A program made the position numbers and the translations under genes. Of a DNA stretch of 64,000 bases, positions 1 through 13,800 are shown one piece after another. Origin of the DNA: Ramazzottius varieornatus (taxonomy: Eukaryota; Animalia; Tardigrada); the NCBI GenBank assembly GCA_001949185.1, contig BDGG01000002.1, forward strand, positions 6,810,448 to 6,874,447. The letters run 5' to 3'. The notes beneath the pieces were generated by a model, which saw nothing but the letters and a program-made list of their open reading frames with translations, was not told the DNA's origin and did no database searches. Within the stretch, counting starts at the first letter, position 1. Each line of letters begins with the position of its first letter.

Positions 1-326
1 AGACAGAGCCACTACAGGCACACTTTTATCGTAAAGACTTAAAAGCTCTGATAAATGCTCGAATACTAGTTTTACAGGTTACGTTCAGGCCTGCTGACAA
101 ACTCGAGAGAGACGTTGACAAGAAGCCACATCGATCCATCGAGCTAATCATCACACATCACCAAGACATGGAACTGAGAACAGGCAGTGTACTAAGCAAA
201 GAAAAAGCAACGCTCATCTAAGAAAACATCCCCGAAAGGCTGGTACGAGTAATCTAATTCCTTTCGTCTACCATACTCGAGATCGTTGGGGAACTCTTCC
301 TTATTGCAGAGCGTTCTCTTCCGCGT

Positions 327-3300
327 TCATACTTCTAGTTTCTTAGAGAGATTCAGAGGCTGCTCTGAATCGCTACTGCTGACCATTGCTGACGAAGGTC
401 TCTTTGCGGGCAGCGTGAAAGCCCCTGATGGAGAAGGAATGGGTGAAGAAGCGGTGGAAGAATGTGAGAACGAGGTGGACTCCGACGAAGGTTGTGAGGT
501 CCGCGTTTCAGTCTGAAGTGGATGCATGGATGAAAACGCCAGTGGCGCCATCCTCGCCTGTAAACATGCAACATGGTGAGTGATCGGTTCGTTGTATTCT
601 AGGGAGATGGTCTATGTCACCTGTGCCATTTGCATGTATGCCATTTGAGACATGTCGAACGAAGAAGGATAGAGGCTTATTCCGCTAATTTGGTGTTGTA
701 ACGACCGCACGTCTTGTGGATGATAAAAGGAAGGAACAAAAGAAAAGGGAGATGCTTTGGAATTGAATGCTGAACCAGCCATGGCGGCCACTGCTGCCGG
801 CATCATCCCGGCGTGTGGCGAGATGCCATAGCCGAAGTAATTGTTGGGAAAAGGTAAATGCGTGGCCGACATGGCAGAGGTCGAGGTGAAGGAAGCTTGA
901 CTGTGACTGGTGGTGCTGTCGGGCTTAAGAGCTGCTTGTAATCGAGTTGTCGAGGTTTGTGCTGCTACTTCGTCCTTGGTAGGTTGAAGGTCTTTGCTCA
1001 TGGGCGAAGGAGCCGGACTGTCTTGTACAGGTTCCGTTGTGCTGTCCGCCCGTGCTAACGACTCGGACTCGCTCCTTCGGGCTGCCCGAAACTTTTTGTG
1101 CGTTCGGTATAATTCCGCATATATTTCCGAAGGCGGTGCTAAAGGCGGCGCTTGTAGCGCCTTCTTTAGTACCGGCGTATCACATTCCACGGGTGCTGCT
1201 TTTGAATCTGCAAAAATTAAAAGTATTATTCGCAATCCAGAAAACATAAATTCTCGAGATGAGGTCGAGTTCAGAAGTTGCATTATTTCTGCGTTGTACA
1301 ATTTGAAGTAACCCCAGCAAAATGTCCTTACCGTTTTCGCTACGGCGTCGTTTTTCCACTTCACTTTCCAAGTCGAATCTGCAATCGCTGCCGCTTTCAA
1401 CTCCAGAGTCAGCAGCACGTGTGGTCTCCGAAGACGAACAACTCGTGGGAGACCTTGAATTGGGCGAGGAACTTTCACATCGTCCAAAAGATGAATTTGG
1501 ACTATCCGCTGCTTCCACGAGGGTCCTCGGTTGCAGCCATCTCTTGGCCACTCGATTAGCCGCGCCACTGAGCGCAGGGTTGATGGACGACAGTGCGGCC
1601 ACATTACACGCTTCCATCTTGCATCCAAGAAGCTTCTCGGAATGTAGCGTGTTCAATGTGCGCAAATCAGGGATCTTGCGGAGTACTTGGGCGTAAAAAT
1701 CCGGTTGATGTCGATGGTTACGGGCCAGCAAGCGTTCAAGACACTGTTTCATCGCATCTTGCAGCTTGCCGACCAATTCCACACTGCGCAAACCAGGCCG
1801 ATCTGTAAAGGGAATCAAGGTCTCATCAACCGTAACACGCGCAGCAGGTAACGGCGAAAGAAAACATTAAGTGAAATTCAAGACGTAATTGTGGTCAAGG
1901 ATCCCCACAAACTACAGAGTGAAGGTAACAGCCACCACCACAAGGTTAAATGGCTCGATTGGCGATGTAGGACTGGGAGGCCGGCTCTCAGTGAAAACAC
2001 CAACAAATTGATATGGGCTCATTCAATAAAAACCAGCGGCGATCCACTGAACGTTCGGGCAGGCACCACTTGGTTTCTAGTCAGGCGGTCCATACTGGAC
2101 AGCGGGTATGGAACGTGCGAATAGAAACCATGGTTGACCAACCGGTACACCCTTGTGGAAGACCACTGATTTCTATTAGATGATCTCATATTGAAGAATA
2201 GAACGACAAAATAGAAACCTTGGGTTGGCTCGAGTATCTCGTGGTGGCTGACAGCTGCTTTCTGTTTGCCGATGAGTATAACGAGTCGAGGTTGAAGGAC
2301 TTACCGTTGGCCATGAGTGCGATGGCCGAAAAGACGGCAATCTCAGCGTCCGTCAAGTCCATGTGATTGAAGCGCTCAGCAAAGTCGAACATGGAGTCAA
2401 CAAGGAATCGGGCGTTGCTACCAGTCAGTGCAGGTAGATCGCGGCGTAAAACCTGTCCATTGGGACAGAGCAGCGAGCTGGTGCTAGCATCAAACAATCT
2501 GGATAAGCGGACCAGGAGGATCTCAAACACGCCCGCCTGTAATGCACAAAAGAGACGATCAGCGTCCGTTATACTGTTAGCTCGTACTCTCTTCACGGAA
2601 TACAAGCTCATAAAACTTAAAAATATCAAACTGATTTGCCTATCGACGCCATCGTTTGTTCAATCCCACAAACAGCCTTCATCAGTGACCGCAACAGTTG
2701 TTAATGCCCATTCTAAACCAGGCTTTATCTTGACCGGTGCACAAAGTTGTTTGCCTTCAACCCTCAACAACTCGCGCATCAGCAACCGGATCAACGTGTG
2801 GGGAACTAACCGGTGCCTCACAGTTAGGTTATTTCCCCGCAGGTTGGTCCTCATTTACTGTCACTCAGGGAGAAGTTCGAACTCATTCTGAATCAATTTC
2901 TACAAAATAGTTCATGAGAATTTTACTAAATTAGTCTCCGAAAATTGTCAGCTTGCATTCCTAACCAGTGAAGGCAATGCCATACTGCCTGGAAATGGAT
3001 GGAAAACCCTTACCTTTAGCAGAGTGACTTGGTCGTCCTGTGGAAGCAGTAAGAAACCGGGAAGCAGCTTAGCAAAGTCGACAACTCCACGAATAATGGG
3101 TGAGAAGCGTTCTGAGAAGCCGTCGAGAGCGTTGAAGCCTGACTGGAAGTGTGGAGAGCTCGATGCAGCCGCTGGGTTCAACGGGCAAACCTGTATCAAG
3201 ACCCAATAACCTTAGCAAGCATTCGCTCGCGCTCAGTAAAACATAGATGGGTTCGAGGACGTTCGTTCACGCCCATCGTTATTATAGTCATTTAAATCCA

Positions 3301-6300
3301 TTGAGATTAAATTTCAAATTTAGTACTGACCACAGTTGAAAGCTCGGGTATGTGACTTCCGCCTGATCTCCATTGCTCCAACGTCCCAATTATCCTGGGT
3401 CGTGTATATTCGCACGTTTCCTCGTGAGCTTTAACGATTAGCGCCAATAAACTCTCTTGATCCTCCATCTCGGCAGTTAGAGAAGTGGCCTGCTGCTTGG
3501 CGTTCTGCTTTTGCATTTCCGCCATAATCTTGGCTTTTTCGCGCTTCGGAACGCGTCCAAACCGAACAGCTGCAATTATCCATCACACAATTGATAGATC
3601 TTTCAGTTAGAACTTCCGAAGAAATGACTAGCTTTTCTGGAAACTGTTATAACTCACCATCACGAGACATCCCAACTTCAATGCACTTCTTTAAGCGGCA
3701 ATACTGACAACGATTACGATTGATACGTAGAATGGCGCACTGCTGGTTCTTCGTACAAGGCCGGTACTGGATTTTCTGCTGAATGGAACGTCGAAAAAAC
3801 CCCTTCAAAATACAAACCCATCAGCAATGTTATCAGGAAGGTCCAGCAGTAGCTAGATTATCTTTGGAAGTATTGGAGAATTCCAGAAGAAGCACAGTTT
3901 GATCGAAGAGCTCAAAGAACCCGACGTTCTGTGCGATCCGGAAATTCTGACTTTCGGACCGCAAAACTGACATGTAAATCCACAAAATAAAATATCAGAT
4001 AAATTGTTGTAACAGGGGATTATTTTGTTGACCCAAATAGATCAGTGCTCGGGGAAAGGCGGGGAAAACAGACGCGAAAAGATTCTCGCGTTGTCCCATT
4101 TTCCCGTTCTCAATAAACGCCTATGGCCACAGCAAGTCACACCCATCGACATTATTTTTTCAAATCAATTTCCCCCTTCTTTCCCTTTTCGCTTTATATC
4201 ATTCTTGCTCGCACTTTGTTCCCTGTGTAGCTCTTGAAGATCCCCAGTGTGTAAAAGATAAGATGACTTCTTCCGCCGCTGTTCGTTCGCACACTTTCCT
4301 ATTGGCTTTTCTTTACGCTATTCGACCTCCTGGTCAACCATCCTCCACAAAACCCTCTTATCTATCAGTGTCCCAAAAAACACCTCTTGTTCGAACAAAC
4401 TGCATCTTTATTTTAAAAATGGTATTCAGCTAAACTTAACCACAATAGGAAGAGTGGCAAACGGCACGTATTAAGTGACGCATGTTTTCGTTTCAACTGA
4501 GTGGAAGCGTGCGCCACTCAGGACAGCAATTTTGTGTTAGAAACATTTAGTTTGGATCTTTCGACCAGTTTTAAGAGTATCCTACAAATACTCAGTCTGT
4601 TTCTAACCTACACGAAAACGTAGCATAATGCTCAGATTGAAAAAGAGCTGTGCACGTTTCGATGCAGTTCGGAATGTACGCTAACGATTCGGGTTTCCTG
4701 TAAGCGTGTAACGTGATGTAGCGTAGGTGAGGTTCGCAGTGACGTCATGGCCCACTTCCCGTACTGTCTACCGTAACGACCTGAGATGAACGGGTGGCCG
4801 CAGGAGGCAGTTTGCCTTGACTGTACTGTCAGCCAATGCGGTCCTTTGTCTCACGGCGGGTCCCTTTCATGCCGTGTGTGTGTGGACGGACTACTTAATC
4901 GAGTGTGAAACCCACTTTTCACTCGCAAACCCCAATCTTGACATGTTGGTCAACGAGCTCGCTTTGCAGTTCACACGGCTGGCAGCCGTATCTGGAACAT
5001 CCACTGTAGTGAGCGTAGTGAAGTCTGCGGGATTGAGTCATCGAACAAGCCTTCCTACACGTCGTCTCTCCCGTTCGCAATCGGCGCCTCGACCTGAATG
5101 AGTTCGCCCATGTGCCATCTGCACGCATAACGTATTACGTCCTCGCTACGTATCGTCCTCGTTTCTTCCCGCGCCAAGATCGTTGTCCTACACTGAACTA
5201 AGCCAGTAATAAAGCGACCCTAATCCATCGTACTCCATCTCCACTTGCGCCTCTTTACGCGCATTTCTCGCAAGGATCGAGTACCGCGATTGCAATTCTC
5301 CGCGCACTGTCCCTGTCACCATAATATACCCATCAACCTGAATTATTTCCATAACTCGCACTAGTAATCCATCTGCCATACTTTGCACTTCTCCGTTGCA
5401 CCCTTAGTATCCTGAAGAACCGTCCAGACATTCCACAGATGGCGCTATGGCATTGCCCAGGTCTTCCACGACGCATCTTCTTGTCCATGAGCCGTCGTAT
5501 GCGCAGCTCAGTCTGTAAGCTCAGAGCCCACTAAACCGACTGGAGCAGTAGGCCAAGAAGTGTCCAGCAAGTTAGGCTGCGCGAGTGAACACGGGTCGTA
5601 CAGCCCTGACTGGACACGGTACACCGTTGCAACAGGCTTGCTTTAGCATAAGCCAGTTGGTCAGTGGTCACTTCGCTTGCTGTCACTGACCACCACTGAC
5701 CCACAACGCCACTTCACATACTGCCATACACAGGAGAGCCTGCCAGGGTGAAGCCGCAGCTCCAAAGTCCGTGGCAGTTCTTTGTGCGCCACTTGGCCGG
5801 GGGAGAAGGCGCACTCACCCAATTTACATACTTCGTTGTCAGTGTCTGGTCCGATGGTGGTTCGGCCCCTACGTTGACCTGCTTTCCATCCACCGCGCCG
5901 CAGTGCTGGTTTCCTCTATCCTCGCACTCGGCCATACTCTGACCATTACATCTCGGCCACAATCTACTTCTAATGGAGAGAATGGCCGCTCGAATGCCGA
6001 GTTCGGTGTGGCACGCTTAAAGTGCCAAAAGAGAATCAGGCCAGCGTTCAACGACCTGTTCTGCCCTGCACATATCTCGAGCACAGCTTAGCTTTACTTT
6101 ACTTTCCAGCTGGTCAATGGCCGGCCGGTGGTCACTCGAGAGAGGGACGCTAGAATAACCAGCGGTCATCGACGGGCCAATGTCCTCTTCCTCTTCCCCA
6201 CATTTCGTTGCCCAGCAGCCTGACCACTAAAGCCGTTCACTATCCACTGTCCAGCACGGATTCTTCGCTTTACCGTCGATTTGCTCAGCCTTTGCAATCA

Positions 6301-8797
6301 AGTATGTCCCTTTGATGCACTGCTGGACAATGGTCACTTGACGGCGTCAACTGTCCGAAGCTAGCCTGCATTCCTCTGGCTTGTCCTACTGAAGTCCTAA
6401 CCCACAAACCACACAAACGAACAGTGTGAGATCGCTATTCAACACGGCGCACACTCCCAGCAAACAACACGGGAAATGTGCGCCACTTGGGACAGCAATC
6501 TGGTCGAGTTCGTTCCGAAGAACCAGGAAGTTGATCAGACACGAGCAATGAATGTCTTGTTTTGAAGAATCCCAGCTTTAGAGCATCTGTGCCTCCAGAG
6601 TGGCAGATATGTTAGTTGCAGGTGGGAGAAGTTTGTACTCAAGCGCTATCGACCTTGACGTCACTTCCTAGCCGCTGGTCAGTCAGGCGTGTCCAACAAG
6701 AGGACAATATGCCCAAAGCGAGACGGTCTCGAGTTGTGAAAAGAAGCTGACGTTGTCGAACGATCTTGGGGTGTTCAGTGAGAATTAACAGCGAGACGAG
6801 AGAGAAAGCCCATAGATTTGAAAGGTTGCAAGTGATGAAGATTGCTTTCAACTGTCAATGATGGTTCTTTTGCGCAGTCAGGCAGTGGGTCAGGCGTAGC
6901 ATTCACCGAATCGCATCTCTCTTACAACAAGATCTCTTCTCCTTCAACAACGCGCTTCTCAGTCGCACATATTTCAGGGTCGTTGTCCGGCCAAGCTCTC
7001 TTCACTGAAATTTCAGCTCAGCTTCCGGCCGGATTAAACTTGTTTTTCTCACTCGCGAAGACTCATCGGAAATGTGTGCCAAAACGAAAACTATGCCGAA
7101 GCTTGTTCCGTAAGAACTTCCGCCATGGCCTTCATTAGAACCTCCACCAACGAAAGAAATCTTCCGGATGACTTACTGATACCATCGTTTTTGGAAGGGA
7201 ATTTTACAGGTTTTAATGACCCATTTCCGACATAATTCGCACTTTTTTAGCGTTATTCGATCTTAGTCGAATAAGTGGGGCAACCCAGCCCAATCGATTT
7301 CCAGAAAACATGAAGGGATCCTTGTTGCCTGCTGGCGCTTCTGCGTGTTGTACAAAGGGGGAGATCGGGCGTCGAACACGTAATTGGCGATTCAGGCCGC
7401 GCGTCGCCTTGGCGCTTGTCATTGTGACTTATCGGAATTTGGATTCATGTACCCCGGTACCACAGCGCCAAAAACTTTTACGTAACATGGAAAGCCGCTT
7501 CTGGAATCTCGGCGGTGAAGTCAAACGAGGGCACTCCCACGTCAGCTGGTTGACCACTGGTCCCCGAGGTCCACACCGAGATCCGTACTGACGCTTCCAG
7601 ATAATCAAACGCGATAATCGACGCTTCCAGACTAATGAAACGAAAAAAGGGGTCCATAGTGGCGACCCAGCGTGCGCCCATACTACTGACGCCCTAGGCC
7701 TATGCGTTACGAGTGTTCAGTGCGCCACTTTGACCGAACCACGTACAGTGCACCACTTCAGGCGAGCAGGGGTATATATAGACCTTACAGACTGGTCAAG
7801 TGATGAAGGGGAGTAGGCTCTGTGCTCTGTTCATCTTCGGAAGGCAGTAGGCGCCACCACACCCTACTTGACCATCAGTGCGTCCACCAGCGGAACGGTC
7901 AGTCACCCAAGTGCGCTTCTGTGAACTTCCATCACTGAAGCTGCTTCTCATCTTCCCGTTACACTAATTAAACTGTGCTTCTCCTCTATACGCCCTACTG
8001 AACTCTTCGGAGAAGGAACTCATCCCTTACCTTGCATCCTTCGCAGCTGTGCACGCCATAGTGGAAACCACTAGCCTGAAATTGCGTTGATCAATTGATT
8101 TTCGGATAAAACGACTACAAGCAATACAGTAAGGTGAACAATAGACCATACTAACCTTGTCCCCGCATACGCGACACAGCACTGTGGTCCCATCGAAATC
8201 TAGAATGCAGGTAGACATGAAGATACTGCGGTGGACAAGAGTGTCGAGCATGAGTTATGAAAAAAAGGTTATGTCAATAGGTGGTTTGTCCCTTGAACTT
8301 GGCTTACAAACAGTCACAGCTACTATGACATGACACGATACAAGAGCATTGCTCGATTACGCGCACAAATGTGGATCAAACCGGTAAGTCACTTTGCTGT
8401 GTCCCTCTGCGCCTCAAAAGTCTCTTCACATACCTTATGTCATTCATTGTGAAAATCAATCAAGAACCCCTCAAAAGAGATCAAAGAGCAAGGAACTCTA
8501 ACCACAAACCATGCAAGAGAAATCGACAGACGAAACTGCATTTCCATTAAATTTGATAACGGAAATCTCATGCCCGTTCTCCATTTCGTTATTTGTACGA
8601 AAATATTCAGAATATTTTTTCCGATTTTTAACAGTTGCACGCGCTTTTTTATGCGGTGATTTCAAAAGCCAAGTTTAGATTTTTGGAGGTGTTATTGGAT
8701 ATAAAGACGTACCAATTTTCAGTTCAGAAGAGGCGTGGTACTTTCCTCCCGTCGAAGGGGCGCCACTGGTCGGTGGCATGGGTGATGGACTGGACAT
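327..8797 (-). CDS. E75: Ecdysone-induced nuclear receptor E75 (NR1D/Rev-erb family), A-type isoform, 10 coding exons
   Basis: Exons 8797-8713, 8199-8156, 8075-8031, 3802-3658, 3569-3331, 3190-3014, 2536-2305, 1802-1332, 1207-621, 557-327, all GT-AG. Spliced DNA-binding domain reads [55 protein letters not shown]...[10 protein letters not shown]...[15 protein letters not shown]. Ligand-binding domain has VCPLNP and [15 protein letters not shown]75-type F-domain motifs [18 protein letters not shown] and terminal PLNLSKK are present. Confidence 0.95.
4450..4540. repeat. Fold-back palindromic repeat family, copy 1 (E75 intron)
   Basis: AAGTGACGCATGTTTTC...GGAAGCGTGCGCCACT at 4473-4518, flanked by GGCAAAC and GCAATTTTG. 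Confidence 0.7.
4717..6400 (+). mobile_element. Putative decayed Ty3/Gypsy LTR-retrotransposon relic inside the E75 intron
   Basis: Candidate LTR TGTAGCG...TTCCACA (4717-5437) containing AATAAA; then a primer-binding-site-like TGGCGCTATG at 5440; frameshifted GHRRAxCP zinc-knuckle remnant at ~6163-6186; retropepsin-like FDALLDNG at 6311-6334. Order fits, but no intact ORF and no second LTR. Confidence 0.35.
6410..6520. repeat. Fold-back palindromic repeat family, copy 2 (E75 intron)
   Basis: CGGCGCACACTCCCAGC...AATGTGCGCCACTT at 6444-6488, followed by GCAATCTGGTCGAGTT. Confidence 0.7.
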
Positions 8798-10721
8798 AGC
8801 GGCTCAGCGATCAACCGCTCCGAGTGATGTAAGATCCACAAAGAGGAAAGTCGTCTGTGCGATAGCACCGATATCAAGGTATCTCTAGTCAAACGCCGAC
8901 ATGAAGGCGAACGAAAGTGAGGTCTTGACTAATTGATATAGGGAACAAGGTGGATGTCATCAATCGAACGGCATGCGGCAGTGTTGTGGTCAAGTCCGAA
9001 GAACGAAACAAAATATATGGATGTTACTGAGGCAAAGTGTGATGAGGGCGAATTCGTATAGCGCAGTTTGGTCAGTAGAGTGTGTACGGGGCGATACAAA
9101 GGCGTTCAGCGCTTATAGTTTAGTGGGCCTTTTGTAAGTAGCACAGATACTTTTGATAACACCAACAGGATACCGTCTCGTTGTCTTCGAAGGCTTGACG
9201 AAATGGCGTTTAGCTGACTTGACTGGTCATCAGAGTTCATTCACACGTCGGCTGCACCGGCAGCCGAGTATGCAGTATTAACTACAAACCAGAAACAATT
9301 ATATTAATAGAGGGTACGGTGTATAGTGTATAGTGTATACAGTACAATGTCACGTACAAAAGTACGTATAGACAGCACGGATGTCCCGGCTATAGGTACA
9401 GCCAGCAGGCTGCCAAAAAAGGGATCATAAGCAAGTGAGCAATCCAACCCCTTCTTCGCTAATTGGCCTTGTGTACCAACACGCTACATAGTCTCATACA
9501 TCTACATGGTTCATACACGGACGGAAAACGGCGGAGCCACAATTCGCACAAAGTGTCGGAACACGCCTCTTTTTTATTACGATACATGGTGGTTATGGGA
9601 AAATTCCACCCCATTGATAATGAGATCAAAGACGTACTCGTAGAAGATTTTCTTAACAATGCAGTGACGAGGACGACAGTCTACAAAACAGGAACTGCAT
9701 CGGGACAGCCGGAAGTGTCTTCCCGGTTCGCTTCCAAGTCGAAGAATCAAAAGTTTGCAAGTCGGATTATCGTAGATCCTTTTGGGCGAATCTACACTTG
9801 CCCGGCCCGTGTAATCTATTACGACTTGCATTGTAGTTTGATGATGTGGAATTACGGGAGAAAGTCCCAAAGCAAGACATTGATTAGCGGCGGCACATCA
9901 GACACTAACAAGCAAACACGCGGACCTGACTGGAGTATGTCGACTTATGTGATGATTACTATAACACTATCGTCTCTTCCGACAAGGTTGATACAGTGCA
10001 AGCTCCTCTTCGATCACGTCCTGTTTCGAGAAAGCTGGATATTTGATCTACGATGAGTGACTACTGTACTACTCCTTGCATTGATTAGTAGGGTCTTTGG
10101 TTGGCTTAGAGTTCAGAGTGAAAAACTTGTTTACGACGTTGAAGTTCAGGAGGAGATTGGGTGACTCTGCTCGGTAAGAGTTGGTTCAGTCCGCCCCGGT
10201 CAAAACAACAACAAAGATGTTTTCGTGCAGAAAGGTTTACTCAGCATGTTGATGATGAGGAAACGTGTGCAACCTAGTTCAAGTTCAAGCCGCTTCATCT
10301 GACAATCGCACATACAGTGTTGTTGGTCTAGCAGGACAAACACGCAAGAAGCACATCGCAAGACCTCATCGTGGTGCAGCGGAGTACTCACGCCACGCCA
10401 CGCCACCACCAAGAAAAACAAAACTCCTACTGGTAACTTCGGCGAAATTGCAAGTGACGCAAAAACGCTTGGTCAGTTGGCCGCGAACAGCAGTTACACA
10501 TCAGTTGTAGTCCGCATTCAACGACGTGGGCAGTAAACCACAGCAAGACCCTTCGGCCAGCAGACGAATGCCGGCAGTGGTTTCCTCATGATTTACGATC
10601 GTGAACCGCATTCGGAACGGACGAACTTCACACGACATGGTCAAACCTTGATTGAGATACCCTTCAACTGCAATGTTCCAAATTGTTTATGGGTTGGGTT
10701 CGAACTCTTACAATGTATGGA

Positions 10722-10835
10722 AGGTCGGCAAACAAAACGTACTAGACCGTTGGCTCAAGTGGCGCACGTTTCATTCGTTATTAGCTGGAAGCGTGCGCCA
10801 CCTGATATGACAATCTTATGCGTGTCGTTTTTCCG
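10722..10835. repeat. Fold-back palindromic repeat family, copy 3 (upstream of E75)
   Basis: AAGTGGCGCACGTTTC...GGAAGCGTGCGCCACCT at 10757-10803, with outer arms TCGGCAAACAAA and ACAATCTT. Confidence 0.8.
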
Positions 10836-13800
10836 TCTCTGTTTCCGGTTTGACAGCTGCGAGCATTGATACACCAAACTAGGGTACGTACGCAACGACG
10901 CATTGGTCGTAAAGAATATTAACGATGTTATTAGAAGGAGAAACAGGACCATGGCCCAATTCCCGACCTCTAAAAAGAGGATAAGCGCGCGACAACATTT
11001 CCATGTACGGCTGAAGGCCTAAAGTCATGTCACATTAAACATGAAGGGCGCTCCAGCAACCCGAGGGTTTATAGCTGTTGGGATAAAGGGATAAGTTACT
11101 GAATAAGGTCGCGTTCTTCTTGATAAACGAAATTTAGGTTGGAAGGAATGCTTCAGTTGCCGTTCTTGCGTGAAGAAACGGGTCAACTCCTGCATACATG
11201 TTGTGCGCATTAGAGGACTCGGCGGGTTCCTGGAGACTCGTTCACGCGATGGCTGTCAGTCCCCATCTCGTTACCTCAACGATGGAAAACCTCTTGACTA
11301 TGTAAAATACTGTATAAGGAAACCCGAATTGGGGCCTAGAAAATTAACTTGCGTCCTTGACAGTGGCAGTGACAGTGATGGCTGTTTTGAAGTCCTAATT
11401 GCCAGAGATTAAGGTCGCCAACAAGCGTCAAGAGTATTCCGGTTGGTGCGACGTCCTCCTTCCCTTAATTTTCTCTCTCCCTACAGTTATGCCTTTTTCT
11501 CTCCAACGAGGCCACACATCATATCATCAGTCACACAACAACTGTCGGTCGTGAAACAAAATCCAGTTTACCCAATTGTTAATTATTTCCGCCCGACTTT
11601 TGACAGCTTTTTTAATGGACGCATTCGGATGTTCATCGATCCTCCAGACGCCACGAACTCATAAAAGACAGTCCATGTGGATTCATAGCTTTGAACTTGA
11701 AAGTTACGATACTGTGTCCGCAGTGACGTCACTGCGGACTGTGATTGCAAGTTTGCCTGTTATGTACACGAGCGGCTCGCGGTATATTCAGCGACCAGCC
11801 ATTCCGCGTTCCCTGCTCCTCTGTCATAAACCTATTCATACTAACAAACTACTGATAAGTTGACCTAGTAAAAATTTTATAAACAGGGACGGTCGTTAAA
11901 GTATTAGTTGACGATGTGGCCACTTTCTAAATAAAAACAAGTTAACAACATGGCGTGCATGTTTATTTCAGCATTAATGGGTTGAACTCATTCTCACCGC
12001 AGGCTGCTCCAGATAAGCTTTCTTTGTTGCCTTATCCGACACAAAAACAAGAGTCAAGTCATATACCCGACTGTGCTGGCGAAGAGGCAACTCAGCTAAC
12101 CACGGCAAGATTCTGCAGCAGGCAGACTGGCTTTGGGCTGTATCATGCCACCTTCTGTTCTAACAGGGAATTCATCACCATACAGTCGCAACACGCAGTG
12201 ACGTCTGGCCCAGTTCCCCAGTGTCACTTGCGTCCACTGAAGTATTCATGCAGACTGGTGTTATCTGGAAATCGAGGGTGAATGTGAGCCAACGACCTAT
12301 TTGCTGGGGCTCGTTTCAGGAATGGGACGATTTATACCCAGTAACCTGATCACAGATCATTCTAAAATCCTGATGAAGTATGACTGATACCAGAGAGTCA
12401 GGTTTTTGGAATGGGGGTGGGAGCTTAAGGGATGTAAGGTCCACGAGCAGCAAGAGCAAAGCGCAATGCGCAACGGAAAACCACGCCAGAACGATACAGC
12501 AAGCGCACGTCGCGACAGAACTTCCGGCGACGGTGGCGCTACTGCAAAACCCATGGCCGGCGAAAACAACAGAGTTGCGAAGAGAGATGGCGCTGCGTAC
12601 GATCTGACTGGTAAGCTACACGGACTCACGAAGAACTCGCTGTGCAAGGCCGGCGTTGGTTTACCTTTCTTATTTGATGGTAGTCCTGTGAGGACTAGGC
12701 TTGCCGCCATGGCAGTTTTTAGTTTTTTACGTTTTGCGATTTTGGCTACAGCGATCGACGATGCGATGCACTTTACAGCAACCTCAGTGTCTCCAGAACA
12801 ATAATTCCGGAGCACTGGTATAGCTGATACAGCAGCTTCTTCAGGCCTTGGGCTTAGGACGTTCTCTGTGGATCACCAGGTAGTCTGCAGATCACAAGGT
12901 CCTCCGACGCGCCGGATAGCCGGGGACATGTGGCATGCACTGGACATGCGGCCTTCGGTCGATGATCAGCACATGCTGTCCATGCCTCTTCAGCTTCAGA
13001 AACCGACGTTTATAAACCTTTACCAGTGATCAAACCAGCCTTTATGCTCTCCAAAAGATTCCGCATTTTGCAGGGAAAAACACCAATGGTCACATGGTTC
13101 AGTCTCTTTTTCAAAGCGAGCCGAATTTTCTCTACAAACTGATGTCGCTTAACCCGATTGTTTTTGTCAGCTTCCCGGACAACTGATTCGCCTTTATTAA
13201 TACCATCGAGGCTTGTCTGAGCATTGGTTAATGTGCAACAACGTACTCCTCGACCGAGACCGTATGTCACATCGTTCGCCTGCAGTACGTGACGTTGTAC
13301 CATCGTGGAGATAAGTCTCATAAGACTGGTAAGTGATCGAACTTTTTGTAGGGAACTGCAGTTTTCCTATCGAAAACCTTCAGCAAACCACAGGGCTCTC
13401 GCCTCCATAAATCTGGTGAGAATTCACAGCTGGATCAAGTCGACGTTTGAAAGCCAACCCAGTTCCGCCACGGTTCCATGCGACTTGCTGAAGCACGTTG
13501 GCGCAACGGAGGTGGCAGCACCGTCGAAAGACCTTGAATTTGACTGAAAGCGATCGAGGTTGCTGGTTTTTCCATCCTTTTTTTAGTGAAGGGACGGAAG
13601 GTCGCTTACGTAAGCGCTGTCATTAATTGCGACTTTTTTCATGCTCGAAACACAGACTACGCATCCAATAGCCATTTAAGAAAAGTGGGTTCGCCAGATG
13701 ATCAAGGACAATATTTATTCTTCTCAAATCGGCCTTGGTCGCCTTCCTCTCCTCCCCATAAAAAACGCTGGTTTGTTTCAGGGTTACGTAAGAAGCAATT

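Noticed and set aside
7478-7781. TATATATA plus a 67-aa ORF as an E75B first exon
   Set aside because: No convincing phase-0 donor and no resemblance to E75B N-termini
5680-7910. EcRE-like IR-1 motifs (TGGTCAATGGCCG at 6111, CGGTCAGTCACCC at ~7896)
   Set aside because: Imperfect matches expected by chance; some fall in the putative retroelement relic
9463-10056. 197-aa ORF, faintly like a transposase N-terminal helix-turn-helix
   Set aside because: No DDE motif, no TIRs and no splice support
12357-13010. Overlapping ORFs on both strands upstream of E75
   Set aside because: No recognisable motif; stops in all extended frames
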